A stretch of DNA of 60,037 nt, the filler included, from Hausera hauseri (Eukaryota), in assembly GCA_046269625.1 (NCBI GenBank). It is 10 parts of 10 records of this genome, joined end to end, with 100 filler letters (N's around TTAATTAATTAA, not from the genome) between each part and the next. Parts side by side here need not be neighbours in the genome. Positions count along the whole stretch, not along the records: positions 1 to 11,054 come from JBJURY010127761.1; positions 11,155 to 16,476 come from JBJURY010279952.1; 8 more parts are not named here. One strand, 5' to 3'. The notes beneath the pieces are model-generated. The model did not search any database. It saw only the letters and a program-made list of their open reading frames with translations, and had not been told where the DNA came from. How positions within the stretch are numbered: position 1 is the stretch's first letter; every line of letters starts with the position of its first letter. The position numbers and the translations under genes are program-made. Below are positions 1-14,000 of this stretch, one piece after another.

Positions 1-1474
1 AAAAGTTTACATCACCTCCAAAGTCCGCAAAAAAAGGAATAAATTCAACTACTTTCGAAATTCACCATTTATTTTTTTTCTAATATTTAAACAAAATCAT
101 TTTACATAACGAGTTCCACTTGCAGATCACCAATCGGGTGAATGTGGACACCAGTGATACCAAAATCTACCATTAATTAAAAGTTATCATTGGTACCTTC
201 AAAGACGGTATTACTCTATGTGTTATTTTTGGCTTCTCAATATCTGATAAATACACTTTTCAAACTTTTATATATTGAAAAACTACCGAATTGCAGAGCG
301 ATAAATTAAACCTGCAAAACAATTGTTGCTGTTTCTTCCAATTGTAGGTCAATTAAACAAATTTCACTAATACAAAGTATTATGTTAACTATATATGAAG
401 GAGGTGGCATTCCTTTGTGCCCTCGAGTCCTCCTTTCTATCTACTGGTGTAGAATAATTCACGTGTCAACATTTCTTCATTTCAACAAATGGGGCCATCA
501 GAAGAGCAGACAATTCTGTGTATATAACACCATTACATTTCAAAATATCCGCCCCATTTCCTTGTAAACAGAAACACCAGTTTATGGGCCAAGCATCCAT
601 TAAAGTGGCGAGCACATTCACATCGAATCCCATTCCAAACTTCTTGAAAAGCAACCTAATGTCGTTAACTAATTTGAACAATTCTGTCACGACTGTTAAC
701 TTCTTAGCGATCAGTCGATAGTTCTTGTTTTATATGGCTTTTCAGACTCAAATTCAATCTCTTCTTTCTTCCATTATTGTTGACAAAGTTTTTTTCAAAT
801 AAATTTATTGAAAAAAAATTCCACTAAATGGAGTAAAAAGGATCCAACTCATCTCATTGTTTTTTCTCATTTCAGTGATTTCATGGTGTGCACAATGGTA
901 CATTTTAATGATACACAGTGTAAATGTCAAAATAAAAGGTTATTTCATATGCAAAATGAGTCCTAGAATGGAAATCAACACTTTTATTTGGTCAGATTCT
1001 CTTTTATGAAGTAAAAACCTCATTTGGCACAGTTTTGGGTACATTTGGCTAAATTGTGCCAAAATGCCATTTCCGCCTGGCACACTGCTCACTAAAACCT
1101 TTGTAAAATGAGTATACTTCAACTTTTTCAGTCCTACTTTGCTACAATTATTCTCAAGCTGTAGATGCATAAAATCTATGGGCTTTCCTGTGTTTTCACA
1201 AGAGTTTTCATTCTGTTTTGCACTTTTGATTTAAAAAAAATTTAGGTGAGGCTAAAAAATTAAAAAATTTCATTATTCAATCACTAATAACTCAGGCACA
1301 GTGTGAGTTACAAAAGTGGTTTCACTTAAGAAATTATCTCTAGGATCTTACCTTTACAGAGATACCAAGAATTAGTATTTAAACCTTATAAATGTGGAGC
1401 TATTCTTGATTTATTTTGCTGTGTATTTTCAGGCGGAAATTACCTATAAAAACCCCTAGGGCTTAACAGGTTAA
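1..1474. mobile_element. Possible right part of a TTAA-targeting (piggyBac-like) non-autonomous DNA transposon
   Basis: Ends CCCTAGGGCTTAACAGG-TTAA (1471-1474); repeated GATACCAA subterminal-type motifs near 157 and 1361; the other end is not in the window. Confidence 0.3.
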
Positions 1475-3257
1475 AGTACTGAATTAGAAAAGATGGATGG
1501 AAACGGCAAAATTTGCAAAAACTTCTTTAATTTCGCAAAAACATTTTTACACTCACTTGAAGTGGTTTTTGGATTTTCCATAAATAGAGTTAATGTGGTA
1601 AAAGGTAGACGGAAACTCATTTGGCAGATAAGTTCTGACATAGTGAACATTTACCTCACAGGATTGATCAGCTGTTCCCTCTGTCCATCTCTTCCCAGAT
1701 ATTTCCATAACGTGAACGTGCATTTCTTTCTCTACATCTCGAGACAGCATGTAACATCGTCAATACTAGTTAATATGGCAGAATAATTAGAACATTCCTG
1801 ATAGTAGCAACATGTTCCTGATAACTTCTCTCCGTTGTCCTGAGATGTGTAGTCCCTGGGAGTTTGTGACTTCACTTCCTGTTCACTACAGCCATGCGTA
1901 ACGTCACCATCTGATGTATTTACACTTTGCGTAGCCTGGTTGATTCACTCCAAGCTAGTAGATGGAAATATTTCTGATTGGCGTTTTCTCTTTTTTTCCC
2001 CTTTTTTCAACATTTTAAAAAATTGCTCAAAACTTGCATTAAAATTGGAAACACGTCTTCAAAACAGCTATAACTTTAAACCTCCTCAGCCTAAGATCAT
2101 CTTTGTTTCAAACTTGGAATGAAAAACAGCCAGATTTACTGGGTCTGTAATTAAATCTCCTAAAAACATTTACAAGATTCAACAGACAGTAACTCAAACT
2201 CACCTATCTAGTGACTTTTAAAACGCACTTTTCATTTCACCCCTCGTCTCCAAACATGGTCACTTTCATTGTTGGCTTCAAAAAAGCCTAACCCTTGGCG
2301 GGACTCGTCGAAAGCTGACTACCTCCTGGTACCAAATTCAGCAGAGCTATGGTAAGATTGGGCCATTTTCTGGTGACATAAATTAACAGGTGCTCAGAGT
2401 TAAAGTTGATCCTCTCTTTGTATGAGTTTTGATAAATCATCATAGTTTAACAACTTCCTTCCATTTAACTAAATTCTACCTAGGAGAACCGTTAAAACAT
2501 CACTTCTTAGAATAACCTTCAAAGTATACTTTTCACCTTAAACCCCAGAACTTTACGTTTGTCTGTCTGTTTATTCGTTTGTTTGTCTTGTGATCAACTA
2601 TTGTCTTATTTAAGGTGCGACATCATTTGTCATAAGTTACAGTGTTAAATTAGGTCCAACCTTATCAAAAATTTCACTTTGGTTCTGTTCTAAAATCATG
2701 CCATTATTCCCTACTGACCATAACTGTACATACATTTTACTCTGTAAATAAATGATATGTGGTGAACATATCAACTTTAATTAATGCCTGTTTGTGTCTT
2801 GATAAAGTTTTTATTGACTCGTCTAAGACAAGAGCTCATGAGAAAATTTTGGGTGCTAATTTATTTTGAGACTGATAACAACTAATTTTGATAAAACTAA
2901 AGGTTTCTTCTTTTTCCTGTGTTATAATCTTAACAATAAAAAAGGAGTGGTGCTCCACGAGGTATATTAAAGGAATACTTTAATATTTCATAATTCAACA
3001 TACTTAGAATGCCCAAAAGCCCTACAACTACACCACATTTTATCTGCTTAGTCGTAAATTAGAGTTGATTTGCTGTGACAACCATCTTTATTGGTTTTGA
3101 CTACAGAAGTTCATGAGTTGTAGATTTCTATTCAGTGATTACTTTCTGAAAATTTTATTAAAATGTAATTTCTTCATCCTAACCCTGACACTTTACCCCA
3201 AACCTAACCTCGCAGGTACCTACCTGATCTCAAAGCTAACCTCATAAAGACTTTCCG

Positions 3258-3374
3258 TTGACTTCCATTCATTTTTCGTTCCTTTCTACAGTCTAACCCT
3301 GACCCTAAGGCATGAATTTGAGTTCAGATTAGGTTTAGGGTCAGGGTTAGGCTGTAGAAATTAATGGTAGTCAA
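3258..3374. repeat. Inverted-repeat (hairpin) element with telomere-like CTAACCCT motifs
   Basis: Arms 3283-3308 and 3335-3360 are complementary at 25/26 positions; outer TTGAC/GTCAA also pair. Confidence 0.7.
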
Positions 3375-4328
3375 TGCGTACTGGAAAAATGGACCGACGT
3401 GGATACATGTTAACCCCTTCGGACATTTACTTGTATCTTGACCCTCTAAAATTTGTAATTATTATAAAAATAAAATACCTAGTACCCTCACATGATCTAA
3501 TTGGTGTTTGGTGACAAGCGGGCTGTCAGCGGTGGGATAAGCTGCTGCAGTGCAGTGGTGAAGAGAAAGGACGACAGGGAGAAGTGGCAAACTTACCATA
3601 TTTATTCATGTATAATATGATCTTGAATATCATCATTTTTTGAGCTTAAACAGCACAAAAAAATCTAATCAACAATAACTTGTGTACAATAGGGATTTTT
3701 TTGGGTTAATTTCTAGTATTATACATGAATAAATACAGTATTTCTACTTATTTCTAGTAGCAGAGTGGGGTGTGAAATTATTCAATTTAATTTATTGTTT
3801 TGTTTACTTTCTACAGGTTCTCAGAGATAAAATAAATTTGAAGCTGAGTTTTTGAAAAAAGTCTGAGATTTGAAAAAAAAATCCCTGAGATTGCCCTATA
3901 CAGTCCTATACCTACATATTGGATAAAACTGTGTAATTTAGAGTCAATCTGTACAATTTGACATGTATGGAAATGGTCCCCACAAGGTAACAAAAACATG
4001 TTCACACAGACACACGCAGAGACATGAGCAAAAACATTATCATCTGCTTTCATCCTACAGTGGTGGGTGATAAAATGCAACTATGTGACTAAAATCATGA
4101 CAGTTGATTTTTACAGCTCACTTTCACCAAAAAAGTTCAACTAAATGAGAAAATCGATCTGACAAAACATTTCAGGGATGTTTTTTTCCCCCAATGAAAC
4201 ACTTTAAAAACCCAACCTTGCAGGAGGAAATGTAACTCCCTGACCAGTTTGACTGCGCTCAGATAAAATGTCTGGAAGCGTTGAGGAAAAATGAATTGAA
4301 AGTAGTTCATTCGATCTTTTCACTATGA

Positions 4329-4329
<1 letters not shown>

Positions 4330-4372
<43 letters not shown>
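4330..4372. repeat. (TG)n microsatellite
   Basis: Perfect TG run. Confidence 0.98.
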
Positions 4373-4378
<6 letters not shown>

Positions 4379-7300
4379 TTTCCCTTGGGTCATGTTTCTG
4401 TTTCTGTTTCACACTAACACAGCCAACTGTGAACAGCAACCTCAATAACAGAAGCTGAACGTGGAGAGATGATCGGGCTTCTTGAGCCCTTCGTTTGGAA
4501 CAGAACTTGCCCCCCCCCCCATCTGTTTGATTTTATTTTTCTGGCTCATGCTGGAGCATAAGCAAAAGGAGCGTGGTTGCAGTCAGAACAAAATCTCTGT
4601 AAAATGAGTCATTTTTGGCGTCAATTTGTTCTGTCCAACACACAATCAGTGACATTTAAATGTGGTTAACTGTCCCAACACTTTCGACAAACACACACTC
4701 TCTACTTTATACCAACAGGTACGACTGCAGAGTCTCTTCCTCTGTTATTTAATGGAGTTTTCTCAATGGAGTCTGAAGTCATGGCACCTTTTTTTTAATA
4801 CCACACGCTCTGAATGTGGCTCTGTCTCAGTGAGAAAAAGTACCACAGGTGTAAGGAGATCACCTCTCATTAAATCTGTGGGAGACAGTGAAGGCTGGAA
4901 GGAGAACTAATCAGAGCAAAGGAGTACAAAAGAAGAAACAGGCTCCTCTGACTGCCTAATGAAGCCTTTTAAGTCTGTGTTGATATCTGGATACAATAGC
5001 AGCACACAGATGGGCTTTACAAATCCACCCTCAAGATATCTTTTTTTACTACTCTGACCAATGTATCAATGACTTTATGTTCCTCTTTATGCAAACAAAC
5101 TACTAAAGACACGTTTACTTTTAGTAGCAGAAATGTGTCACGGAGATTTGAAACACCACACTTTAGTTTGAACCGATGACAAACAGTGACCAATTCAGCT
5201 TTTTACAGTGAGGATAAAGTTTGAGTATCAGATTCTCACATAATATAGTTTAAACTTTTGGATTTAAGACTCAGGAAATGAGAGTTGCCAACAAAAAGTT
5301 TTGGCTGGAGTCGAACTTTTCGCTGTAAGTATAGACAAAACAGATGTCTTACATTAAGTGAAAAGCTGTTTGGGTTAATAGCTTAAGAGCAAAAATACAT
5401 ATTGCCAAGTGTTTTTATTCTTTTTTAAAGCACAGACAGCAAGTAATTAATTTTCAGAAATAAAATAAATTATTAGTTCAGAAGTTATGAGTGGTGGCTG
5501 CTGCAGCCTTGGCAACAGAAATGATGGGAGGCACCTAGGAGCCTGTGGGCACGACGTCACATGGAAACAGGACTACACTTTGTACAGATGCTGCAAAGTG
5601 AAGAGAAGAGCAGGATTAAGGATTTCTGAAGGAAGAGTGAACCAGCAGAAAGAATGCAGGTGATTTAGAGTTCTGAAAACTTTATCACCTTCATTCTTTT
5701 ATAATATCCATTATTTTGAACTCTTTCCCTCTAACATGCTTTCACAGTCATGCCTTTTAGGTAGACACGTCCCACATTTTTATAAATACATGAAAGCATT
5801 TCTGAACATATAAAGTGAAACTTTTCAGAGGTAAAATGAGAGGAGCCCGGCGGCTCGGTTGATTGAGCTGTTAACAGACATAAACAATTATATCCTAAGC
5901 TGGTGTTTGTGAGGTCTTAAAAACTAACAATGGAGATTAAATCTTAAGCAAAATCACTTTTTGTCAGCTTGTTTGAAAAGAACTGGTTGTTTCATTTTAT
6001 AACACATTTTATTTGAAGCCGCCTTCACTGCACTCAAAGACACCATAGTAGTGGTCAAAGTAGTTTAGTCAAATATTTCCACCCCATTAGTCTTTAGTGG
6101 GATTAATGGGATGCAGAAGAAAGACTAAGAAAGTTGGTCATGTGGTCTTCTGTCTTGTTGAGGGAGGTTGCAGTTTTTCTAACAACACAACACAGATAAT
6201 TGAATCAATTTTTGGCCTGAGTTTGCCTTTCTGACAATCTAATTATTGATGGCCCTAAAGATAATCTTTCGTGATATTTCTGTCGTGTGTGGTATGTTAA
6301 GTAATCCAATCAACTTACAAGGAAAATCAGAAATCAGGGATATTCAACATGTTGGATTGTCTCGATCCGATCCCAGCGTGTAGTGTTCCACGAGGACAAA
6401 CACCCTCGCAGGCTGTTGAATGTGACGTGTAGCCAATCAGAAAGCAAGGTGACTGAAACAGACAGGGGAATCCAAAGTACAAAAGAAAAAACAATTGCAA
6501 TGGAGACATCTTAAAAATAGTCGACAAACTATTGCCATTGCTTTTTCCTCGACTGCATGTTTATTTCCTCTGAACTCGTGTTTGATCGAGAGTTCTCGTG
6601 AGATTTCTCATCTGACGTCTGAATGTTCGTGAGCGAAATTTCTGCGGTGTGTTGTCTTTGCCATACACCAAACTCTGTAGGACCAAACCTGTTATATCCA
6701 TGAGTTTCTATCAACATGTGGGGAGGGGGGGTCTCTCAGCCTTAGAAAATCAACCAACAATTTCAAAACCCTCTCATGTGAACCAGGCACAGCTTGCAGC
6801 ACTTTTCCTTTGTGTTTGTTTTGTTTGTTGTACGTTTTTGCTTCTGTCTATTTTCTGTGATTGCAGCACTTTTCTTTGCAGTGTTTTTCTGTTGCATTTG
6901 AGTTTGTTGTTTTTTGTGTTATAGCATTTTGGAGTTTGCATCATTCATGTGTTTGCTGAACATTTGCACTTGTCAGGCACCGTAGTTTTAACTATTTTGT
7001 ACAAGTACATAAAAATCAAAAGTAGTGAGCTTGAAGGTTAGAGCGCAATAACTTTTTATTCCCCACTTCAAACACTGAACTGACATGTCTCAGTTTGAGC
7101 CTTCATAAAGAAAAGAAAAAATAAGAACTTTTGGGGAGATAACAATATAAAATGATGCACATAAGTGAGGAACAAAAAAAAGTTTTCTTTTCCTTAAAGC
7201 AGCAAAAACTCATGGTGGCAACATTTGTTACTGTGTATACAAGAGAGCAATTAGGAAATGTCTTGTAAACCAAAACTTTCGATGCAAACAACAGAATGTA

Positions 7301-9468
7301 GGTTAAATCAGTTGTAAAATGATAATCTGGCTGCTTAAGTGACTACCTTCAGTTTCAGAGACAATCACAGACAAAGTGGGCTAAAAAGATGGTTTCCCCC
7401 AGGCGAGGGGAATTTTCTGTTAACAAAGCCAACAGGATGAGCAGATGAGTCTTAGCTCCCGCAGGTCATGCCTTTTGTTTTGACTGTACAAGGGGGGCAG
7501 CAGGGGGGGGGGGGCAGGACTGAGTGATGCATTCTATTATTATTCTCACTACAACAATCAGCAGCACACCGCCACACGGTTGCTGTTATCATCATCACCC
7601 TCATCTGCTTTGAGTCAGACTCTGCAAGCAGCAACAAAGGCAAGAGATGATAGTTCCTCTAATGGCATTAAGAGTCAGCTGGTAGACACCCTGACTCACT
7701 CTCGCTCCCTCATCCCCCTCTAAACCACACAAATGACTGTAGTCTAGACTCTAAGCTGCACTGCTGAGGCCTGAACTCTCTCACACATGAATACAGGACA
7801 AACTCACACACATTCAGACTCTTCCAGATGTCAGCTGATGACAGGTTCAGTGTGAGGGCTTACAGGACATTGACTCATTTTGTGGGCCTCATTTTATTCT
7901 GTGCATTCAATTTCAGCTGCTTCCATCAGGAAGCTCTAAAATACTGTGTTCTAACATTTTATCAATCCTGCCTTTTCCACTGAGTTTAAAGAGTTTGTGG
8001 TGTCTTGTTGTGTACATGACAGTGAGGTATCCACAATAAGTCTTAGTGGGAGTTTGTGCCCAAGCTAATACTAACATATGTGGCTTTCTGGCGCCAATGA
8101 GAAAATCTGTGAGCGTGATTTGTGCTTTCAGCTAACAGGGGTCCGGGTTCCACTCTCGTCCAAAGCTTTTATTTTTCACAGTGCTTGTAGTAATTTGCTT
8201 CTGGGATTGTGGAGGGAAAAAAGCTACACTGACTTGTTTGAGTTTTTCTAAGCCTTTCCCATATATCACAGGCAGCTCTGAGCTCAGAGACCGTGCACCT
8301 GTTAAATGGATGGGAACAACTCTGGTGGACAAAGTGGAAGAAGCATAAATGTCCCCGTCTGGAGGGTAGTGTAGTCAAGACCAAGACCGGGAAAAAATAA
8401 AATAAAAATTAAAAAAAAAACAAAACAGAAAAATACTGCTCTAAAACATACACTGTACAGAGGTAGATAGCTATTAAAATCTCTTTGTGCAGGGGCTGGG
8501 TAAAGAATTTTGGTACAGAGGCAGATTGCAAGAGTTAGCTAGCTAGCTTTGGTAACAACACTCGTACTGTACATAGGCTGCATCTCAATTCATGCGTTCA
8601 AGGGTTGCAGCCGTCGTACACCACGGCCCACTTGGGTCACAGCCTACGTGGGCCGTAGCAAATGACACTGTCTCATCTACATACCACGTGTTTTTTGCAA
8701 GTGAAACAGAATTGGAGGTAATAGTGGTAACAAAAATCTCAGGGAATTAATTTGATGTTTTCACAGTTGTGATTGTGACTGCTTTTGAAATACAATCAAG
8801 ATTCTTCAATGTTGAGGGCCGAGACAAGTCAGAGTACAAATGCAGTTGTATCCGAGGAGAGACCTAGACCATCAAAAAGTGGTTGAGAGACCGGTCTTGA
8901 GTAGCCTACCAGTCCAATAAGAATAAAGCTCTATTTCTCCAAACAAATGTTCAAAGTCTGAACGAGACCAAGAAGGACATGGATTACTGCCCTTCTAAAA
9001 CTCCAGTCTCAAACATGGCGTAGTTTTTGTAAACACAAATAGTGTCAGCAGCAGCTAGCTGTAACACTTCCTGTGTAGCCTGGGGTACATGACATTACTG
9101 GCAGGAATATCAGAACATTTCATCAGGAAAAACAAAACTTTTACTGTGGTGAAAAATGTATAAAATAGTGTTTGTGTGAGTCACTTCAAACCTTTTAGAC
9201 ACTGACTTACTGCCAACTATATCAAATTAATCACCGAAGTACTTTTTCTATGTCAGTACTCATATTTGCTTACTTAGGCGGTGACTTGTTGGATTTCTTC
9301 AGTGTCACAAAGACTTTAGGTTAACTAAAATGTATTTGTACTACATCCAACTCCAAAAAATATTATCTCAGGGCTTTATGATAATCAGATACTGACATTT
9401 CTTGAAGTAGCAAAATGTGTCTTATTATTATTTTAAAATATAAAATTAAGGACAGTGACTGTTTAGGG

Positions 9469-9681
9469 CACAGGTGTCGGACTCCAGGCCTCGAGGGCCG
9501 CTGTCCTGCATGTTTTCTTGTTTCCCTGCTCAAACACACCTGATTGGCATGAATGGATGATTAACAGGCTTCTACAGAATTGAAGGAGTTAATTGCAGCA
9601 CTGAATCAGGTATGTGGAAGCAAAGAAACAAAGAAAACATGCAGGACACCGGCCCTCGAGGACCTGAATCTGACACCACTG
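9469..9681. mobile_element. hAT-type MITE (213 bp) with 8-bp target site duplication
   Basis: Long imperfect TIRs (CACAGGTGTCGGACTCCAGGCCTCGAGGGCCG... / ...CGGCCCTCGAGGACCTGAATCTGACACCACTG); perfect TSD GTTTAGGG at 9461-9468 and 9682-9689. Confidence 0.9.
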
Positions 9682-10978
9682 GTTTAGGGACTTTAAATGT
9701 TTAGAGTTTTAATAGTGATGTTCTGGACACTTGTGGTGATATAAAAAAATTAAATATTTTTGAATGGCTGTCCTTTTACTTGTTAAATGTGCTCAAGGGT
9801 GTTAGTATCACATGCATAGCATGTGGTGTGCAAAGAATTGTGTGAACTTCCCTATTTTATTACGAATAAATCGACCTGACATGAAAACAGAGACAAGTAA
9901 ATTCAGCTACAGAAGCCTTTAAATTAAATGTTTTTCTCACTCATTTAAATGACTTGTGAAGTGATGACAAAAATTTAACTGATGGTCAAAATTGTGCAGA
10001 AAATAAAAACAATTACAACTTTTTCATTGTTTTTAACTGTTGGATGTCAGTGAGAGCCACATCAATTATGTTATTATTAACCAGCATATTCACATTTTCC
10101 ATGAAGACTTGTAACTAGAAGGGAAGGAGCTTGCATATGTAGTGTGTCTCAGGAACATGTGAGAGGTTCACTGGAGAATAATGGTTAATGAGACACTGCA
10201 TCAAAAATCAGTGATACTTCTGACTTCAACCTTCTGATTGCTTCATATTTTATATAATCATCCAAAAGGAACAAACAACATCTGCTCTGAAACATGTCTC
10301 CTGAGATCTTCAGAGAAACCCTTCCTCTTATCTCTGCTCGGTCATTAACTCTTTGTCACAGAAGACATTTTGACATGTCACAGTCAGAGATGCTCATAGA
10401 TTAAAAAAAAGGAAAACGTAAGATTCCACTTAGCACCTCTAGTTTCAGGTCTTGGTGCTGCTCACGCTCACTGTCCAAGTGTCAGAGAAGAAGCTGAAGT
10501 CTGAGCTTTTTATCATCGTAACTCGACGCACGCCGTCATTTCAAGGTGACTTGATGAGGCCCAAGAGGACCTCATTAGCAAACAATATTTGAGGCAAAAT
10601 ATCAAGCTGGACAGAAGTAGGCTCCATTGAGCACGCTTTTCGTATTTAATCAGTACATCATTAAAGGTGGCTTTTTATTTTTCAGTGCAGGGAATGTTTG
10701 TGAACAGGACAGGCTGTGGCTGCTGGGAGCTGAGACACTCCTGCTGCAGAGCACTGATTGCTTCTCTATACTACGCCCTCCTCTCCTTTGGTTTGTCTGA
10801 TCACACGCTGAGCTCAGACCAAGGCCGGCCTGCTTGGGTGACATTTGAACAAAACATGAAAATGTGAACCCTGGTTCTGACAGCAGCAGTTTGACCTCAA
10901 AGTCTATATCTGGGTTCAGACCAATTTACTGCCTGTCCCACTGCAGCTACTTCCTTCTTTTGAGCTAAAACTTTTTGC

Positions 10979-10980
<2 letters not shown>

Positions 10981-11054
<74 letters not shown>
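10981..11054. repeat. (TG)n microsatellite at contig end
   Basis: Perfect TG run up to the linker. Confidence 0.98.
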
Positions 11055-11154
11055 NNNNNNNNNNNNNNNNNNNNNNNNNNNNNNNNNNNNNNNNNNNNTT
11101 AATTAATTAANNNNNNNNNNNNNNNNNNNNNNNNNNNNNNNNNNNNNNNNNNNN
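11055..11154. other. Artificial contig linker; identical linkers at 16477-16576, 23339-23438, 29261-29360, 35260-35359, 41237-41336, 45840-45939, 49957-50056 and 54131-54230
   Basis: N44-TTAATTAATTAA-N44, which places stops in all six frames, repeated nine times. Confidence 0.99.
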
Positions 11155-11408
11155 CTACACAAGATAACATACGATTTCTTCATAAAATGGCATGTTTTCT
11201 GAAATATAATAATTTTAATACTTTTGTTCTGTGTATTATTAACGAGAATTTCTACATGATTTTGTTTTGATGTTGACAAGCCTGTATTATCGTTCATCAA
11301 TAAATTTAGATACCTCCAAGTAACATTTCGTCTTCACCGAGTATATAAGATATCTGTACTTACTGAATCTGAAAGACTGTTTCTCCATATTTCTGCAAGT
11401 TTTCTTAA

Positions 11409-13558
11409 CCCTTGAACACCAAATGGGGTCGATTCGACCCTATGCAATGCTTGAAAAGTGTGCCGTTTTGACACTTAAAAAATAGAAAGGTGGAATTCAG
11501 TGAATTTGTTTAATTTTTAGCGCCCAATGTGCTGATGTAATTTTTATATATTGTACTCCACCCAGATGACGAGATATGTCGTCGTAACATTTGAACTTAC
11601 GTTTTCTACCAGACAGATCTATTCGACCCATAGCTTGAGTATAGTACACACTTGATGTATTAACTTACATGCCACTAATAATTATAGTGCAACACATGAG
11701 TATAAAATTTATATTTATTTCACCAATATGTTAAGTTATTATACCATTGCTACAATATCAATTTAGTGTCTATAATGTTTACATAGGATTGCTTCTACAA
11801 GTACGTGTAACGGTTTCAGTCAGGCTCAACAGTCTGGACAGATGTACACTACGGAATTGCGATAACTTTTTGCAACGCTGCACTGTCTTATTAGTCTCTG
11901 CTACTTATAGTGGCCGATAGTATTGACGACTGGTTCACAAGAAGACTAATATTGCCTTTCTCATCCAATTCACCACCACATAGTTCTACACTTAACATCT
12001 TTAGAAATTGTCGTCGGACTTTTTTGGAATTTACGATGGTATGACACCACAGAACAAATGCACTGAAAGCCGTCACATCAGTCATGTGTTGAAAAACGCA
12101 CTTTAGCTAACGACAAGTGCATTTACGGGGTGTGTAAGTTGAATACATCTGGCCAGGGTGGTCGACTCCACCTTTCCCTTTATTGTACAAATGAATAATT
12201 CACTTTTCAATAATAAAACTCGTCTATTCTTCCCAGGTGCATACCAGACGACAGTGACCACTTCGTTAAATCCAAACAATGCGAATCCAACTTTTCGTCT
12301 TTTAGTTTAAAATTCTGTTGGCACCTCCCTACCATTTGATCTGAGGGTTCCAATAAATCCCAAAGTTCAAGAAGCAGTGTGAGAGAGATAAAAAAATTAT
12401 CCGTAACCACTATTATACCTAAATTTAAGCTTCTTTTGAGATCGAAGACAACTTGTTCACCCAACCCAGATGCATGTCCGATATCTTTGTCGATGCCTAG
12501 GTATGGTTTCATTATGAGACAGTACCTAGTGCTGGCATCACATAGTCATCTGAACTTCAAACCATACTTAGCAGGCTTCGAGGGCACATACTGCTTAAAA
12601 CTGCATCGCCCTCGAAATGGTACAAGCGTCTCATCGACAATGACCTACCCAAAGGGAATGACTGATTTTGACAGCTGTTGTTCCCACACGTCGTACAGAG
12701 CTCCCATGGGTGCAATTTTGATTGTAGTCGACAAGTTGATCTAGTATTAGTTATATCATCTAAAATATTTTGTAATCAGTTCAAAGCGAGTGCGCGCCAT
12801 GAACTGACTTATGCATCTCCGCCCTACAGTTTCTGATCAGAATGCCCGGACTGGTTCATTACGACACTTATAGGCTCCAATTAGAATCGTTACCCAGATA
12901 TAAGTTTCCACTTCTTTCCTGGTAATCACGAACTCTGCATTACTGCTCTGAGCCTTATCATTGGTACACTCAATAACAGTATCCAGAATCTTATCAGTTA
13001 CGTAAATCTTCCAGTTTGAGACAGCCGTGCTTCTACAGTAACGACGACCAAACGCGCATATCAACCAGCAGGTCTCATCATGTTAACTGCCTGACCACAA
13101 CCTTTTACCAAAGAGTCAACACATCACATTCTATCCGAATCCATTCTAACCCCTTCAATTTCAACAGCCATCTCAACATCGTTTGCCCCATCTCCATCAC
13201 TTTCTGACACAAGTTGCTGCTGCTGTATTTGCTGATGTTCAAACGACTCTTGGTGTGAAGAATCATCCCAAGATGACGACAATTCACAATGATCATATTC
13301 GTAATCAACATCTGAAATATTATTATCGTTTTCGTGACTACTGTTTCCAGAAATATTATCATCAATATCATCAATATCATCCATGCTCAAAATCATATCT
13401 GTTATATATTGGGGTGGCCCTTAACGTCTCCCGCTATATAACAGATTACAATTTATTTTATTTCGCTGTGCAAATTCGGTTTATCGTTCTCGATAAACGA
13501 ATGTGCCTATGTCGATAATTTTAAAATGCGTGTACTGCTTGTCGCGTCCTGTGCAAGG
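11409..13558 (-). mobile_element. piggyBac DNA transposon, decayed full-length copy (~2.15 kb)
   Basis: TTAA at 11405-11408 followed by CCCTTGAACAC; GTGCAAGG-TTAA at 13551-13562 (imperfect TIR); internal transposase remnant. Confidence 0.8.
11790..13396 (-). pseudogene. piggyBac (PGBD-type DDD) transposase pseudogene
   Basis: Acidic N-terminus; VIECTN; VDETLVPFRGRCSFKQYVPSKPAKYGLK; VVTDNFF; YNKGKGGVD; multiple stops and frameshifts. Confidence 0.92.
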
Positions 13559-13816
13559 TTAAATGTTTCTCGTACCTATATAAGATTAAGTGAGATTTTA
13601 AAACCTAGTGTATCTCTAATCAGCCTTAAGGGCCGATGACAACTATGAAGGGATTTTAGCACAAATAGAATACTCACGAAATGTATTAAATCAACACGAA
13701 TCACCACAGTAAGAATCGTCAATGATGAATCAATTAATATTCTGATGTCAATCGCACTGAAATCTGATACTGCAACTGATTTCTTTCGTGGAAATTTTTC
13801 TTTTATCGTTTAGCAA

Positions 13817-13961
13817 AATCGACGCTATAGTCGATGATAGTCGTCTCGAAAATAACTTCGAAGAATAGCTTAGAAATTTCAACTAAATCGACGCTACAGT
13901 CGATGAAAAACTCTATTTCAATTCAAGTTTGTTGAGAACAATTCGACGCTACAGTCGAAGA
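13817..13961. repeat. Three copies of the palindromic motif TCGAC-GCTAYA-GTCGA separated by unique sequence
   Basis: 21-nt units start at 13817, 13886 and 13941. Confidence 0.85.
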
Positions 13962-13966
13962 AAATT

Positions 13967-14000
13967 ACTGACTATCTACTTAAAATCTACACCTTATATA
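13967..14000 (-). promoter_or_regulatory. Putative Pol II core promoter (TATA + Inr)
   Basis: Minus-strand TATATAA (14000-13994) with a TCAGT initiator whose A (13969) is 31 nt downstream. Confidence 0.45.

Larger units (their letters stand above)
1..11054. other. Contig 1: probable teleost fish intronic/intergenic DNA (host or contaminant)
   Basis: No credible ORFs; long (GT)n tracts; teleost-style hAT MITE and CTAACCCT-rich hairpin element; character differs from the AT-rich, TE-coding contigs that follow. Confidence 0.7.

Noticed and set aside
382-10867. Short ORFs in contig 1
   Set aside because: No recognisable domains; consistent with chance ORFs and unclassifiable old TE debris
11055-11154. 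TTAATTAATTAA as a piggyBac target or biological repeat, and ORFs running into X residues
   Set aside because: Synthetic linker identical at all nine joins
13817-13961. Mini-CRISPR array
   Set aside because: Only three 21-nt units, uneven spacers, eukaryotic TE context and no cas genes; kept only as a repeat
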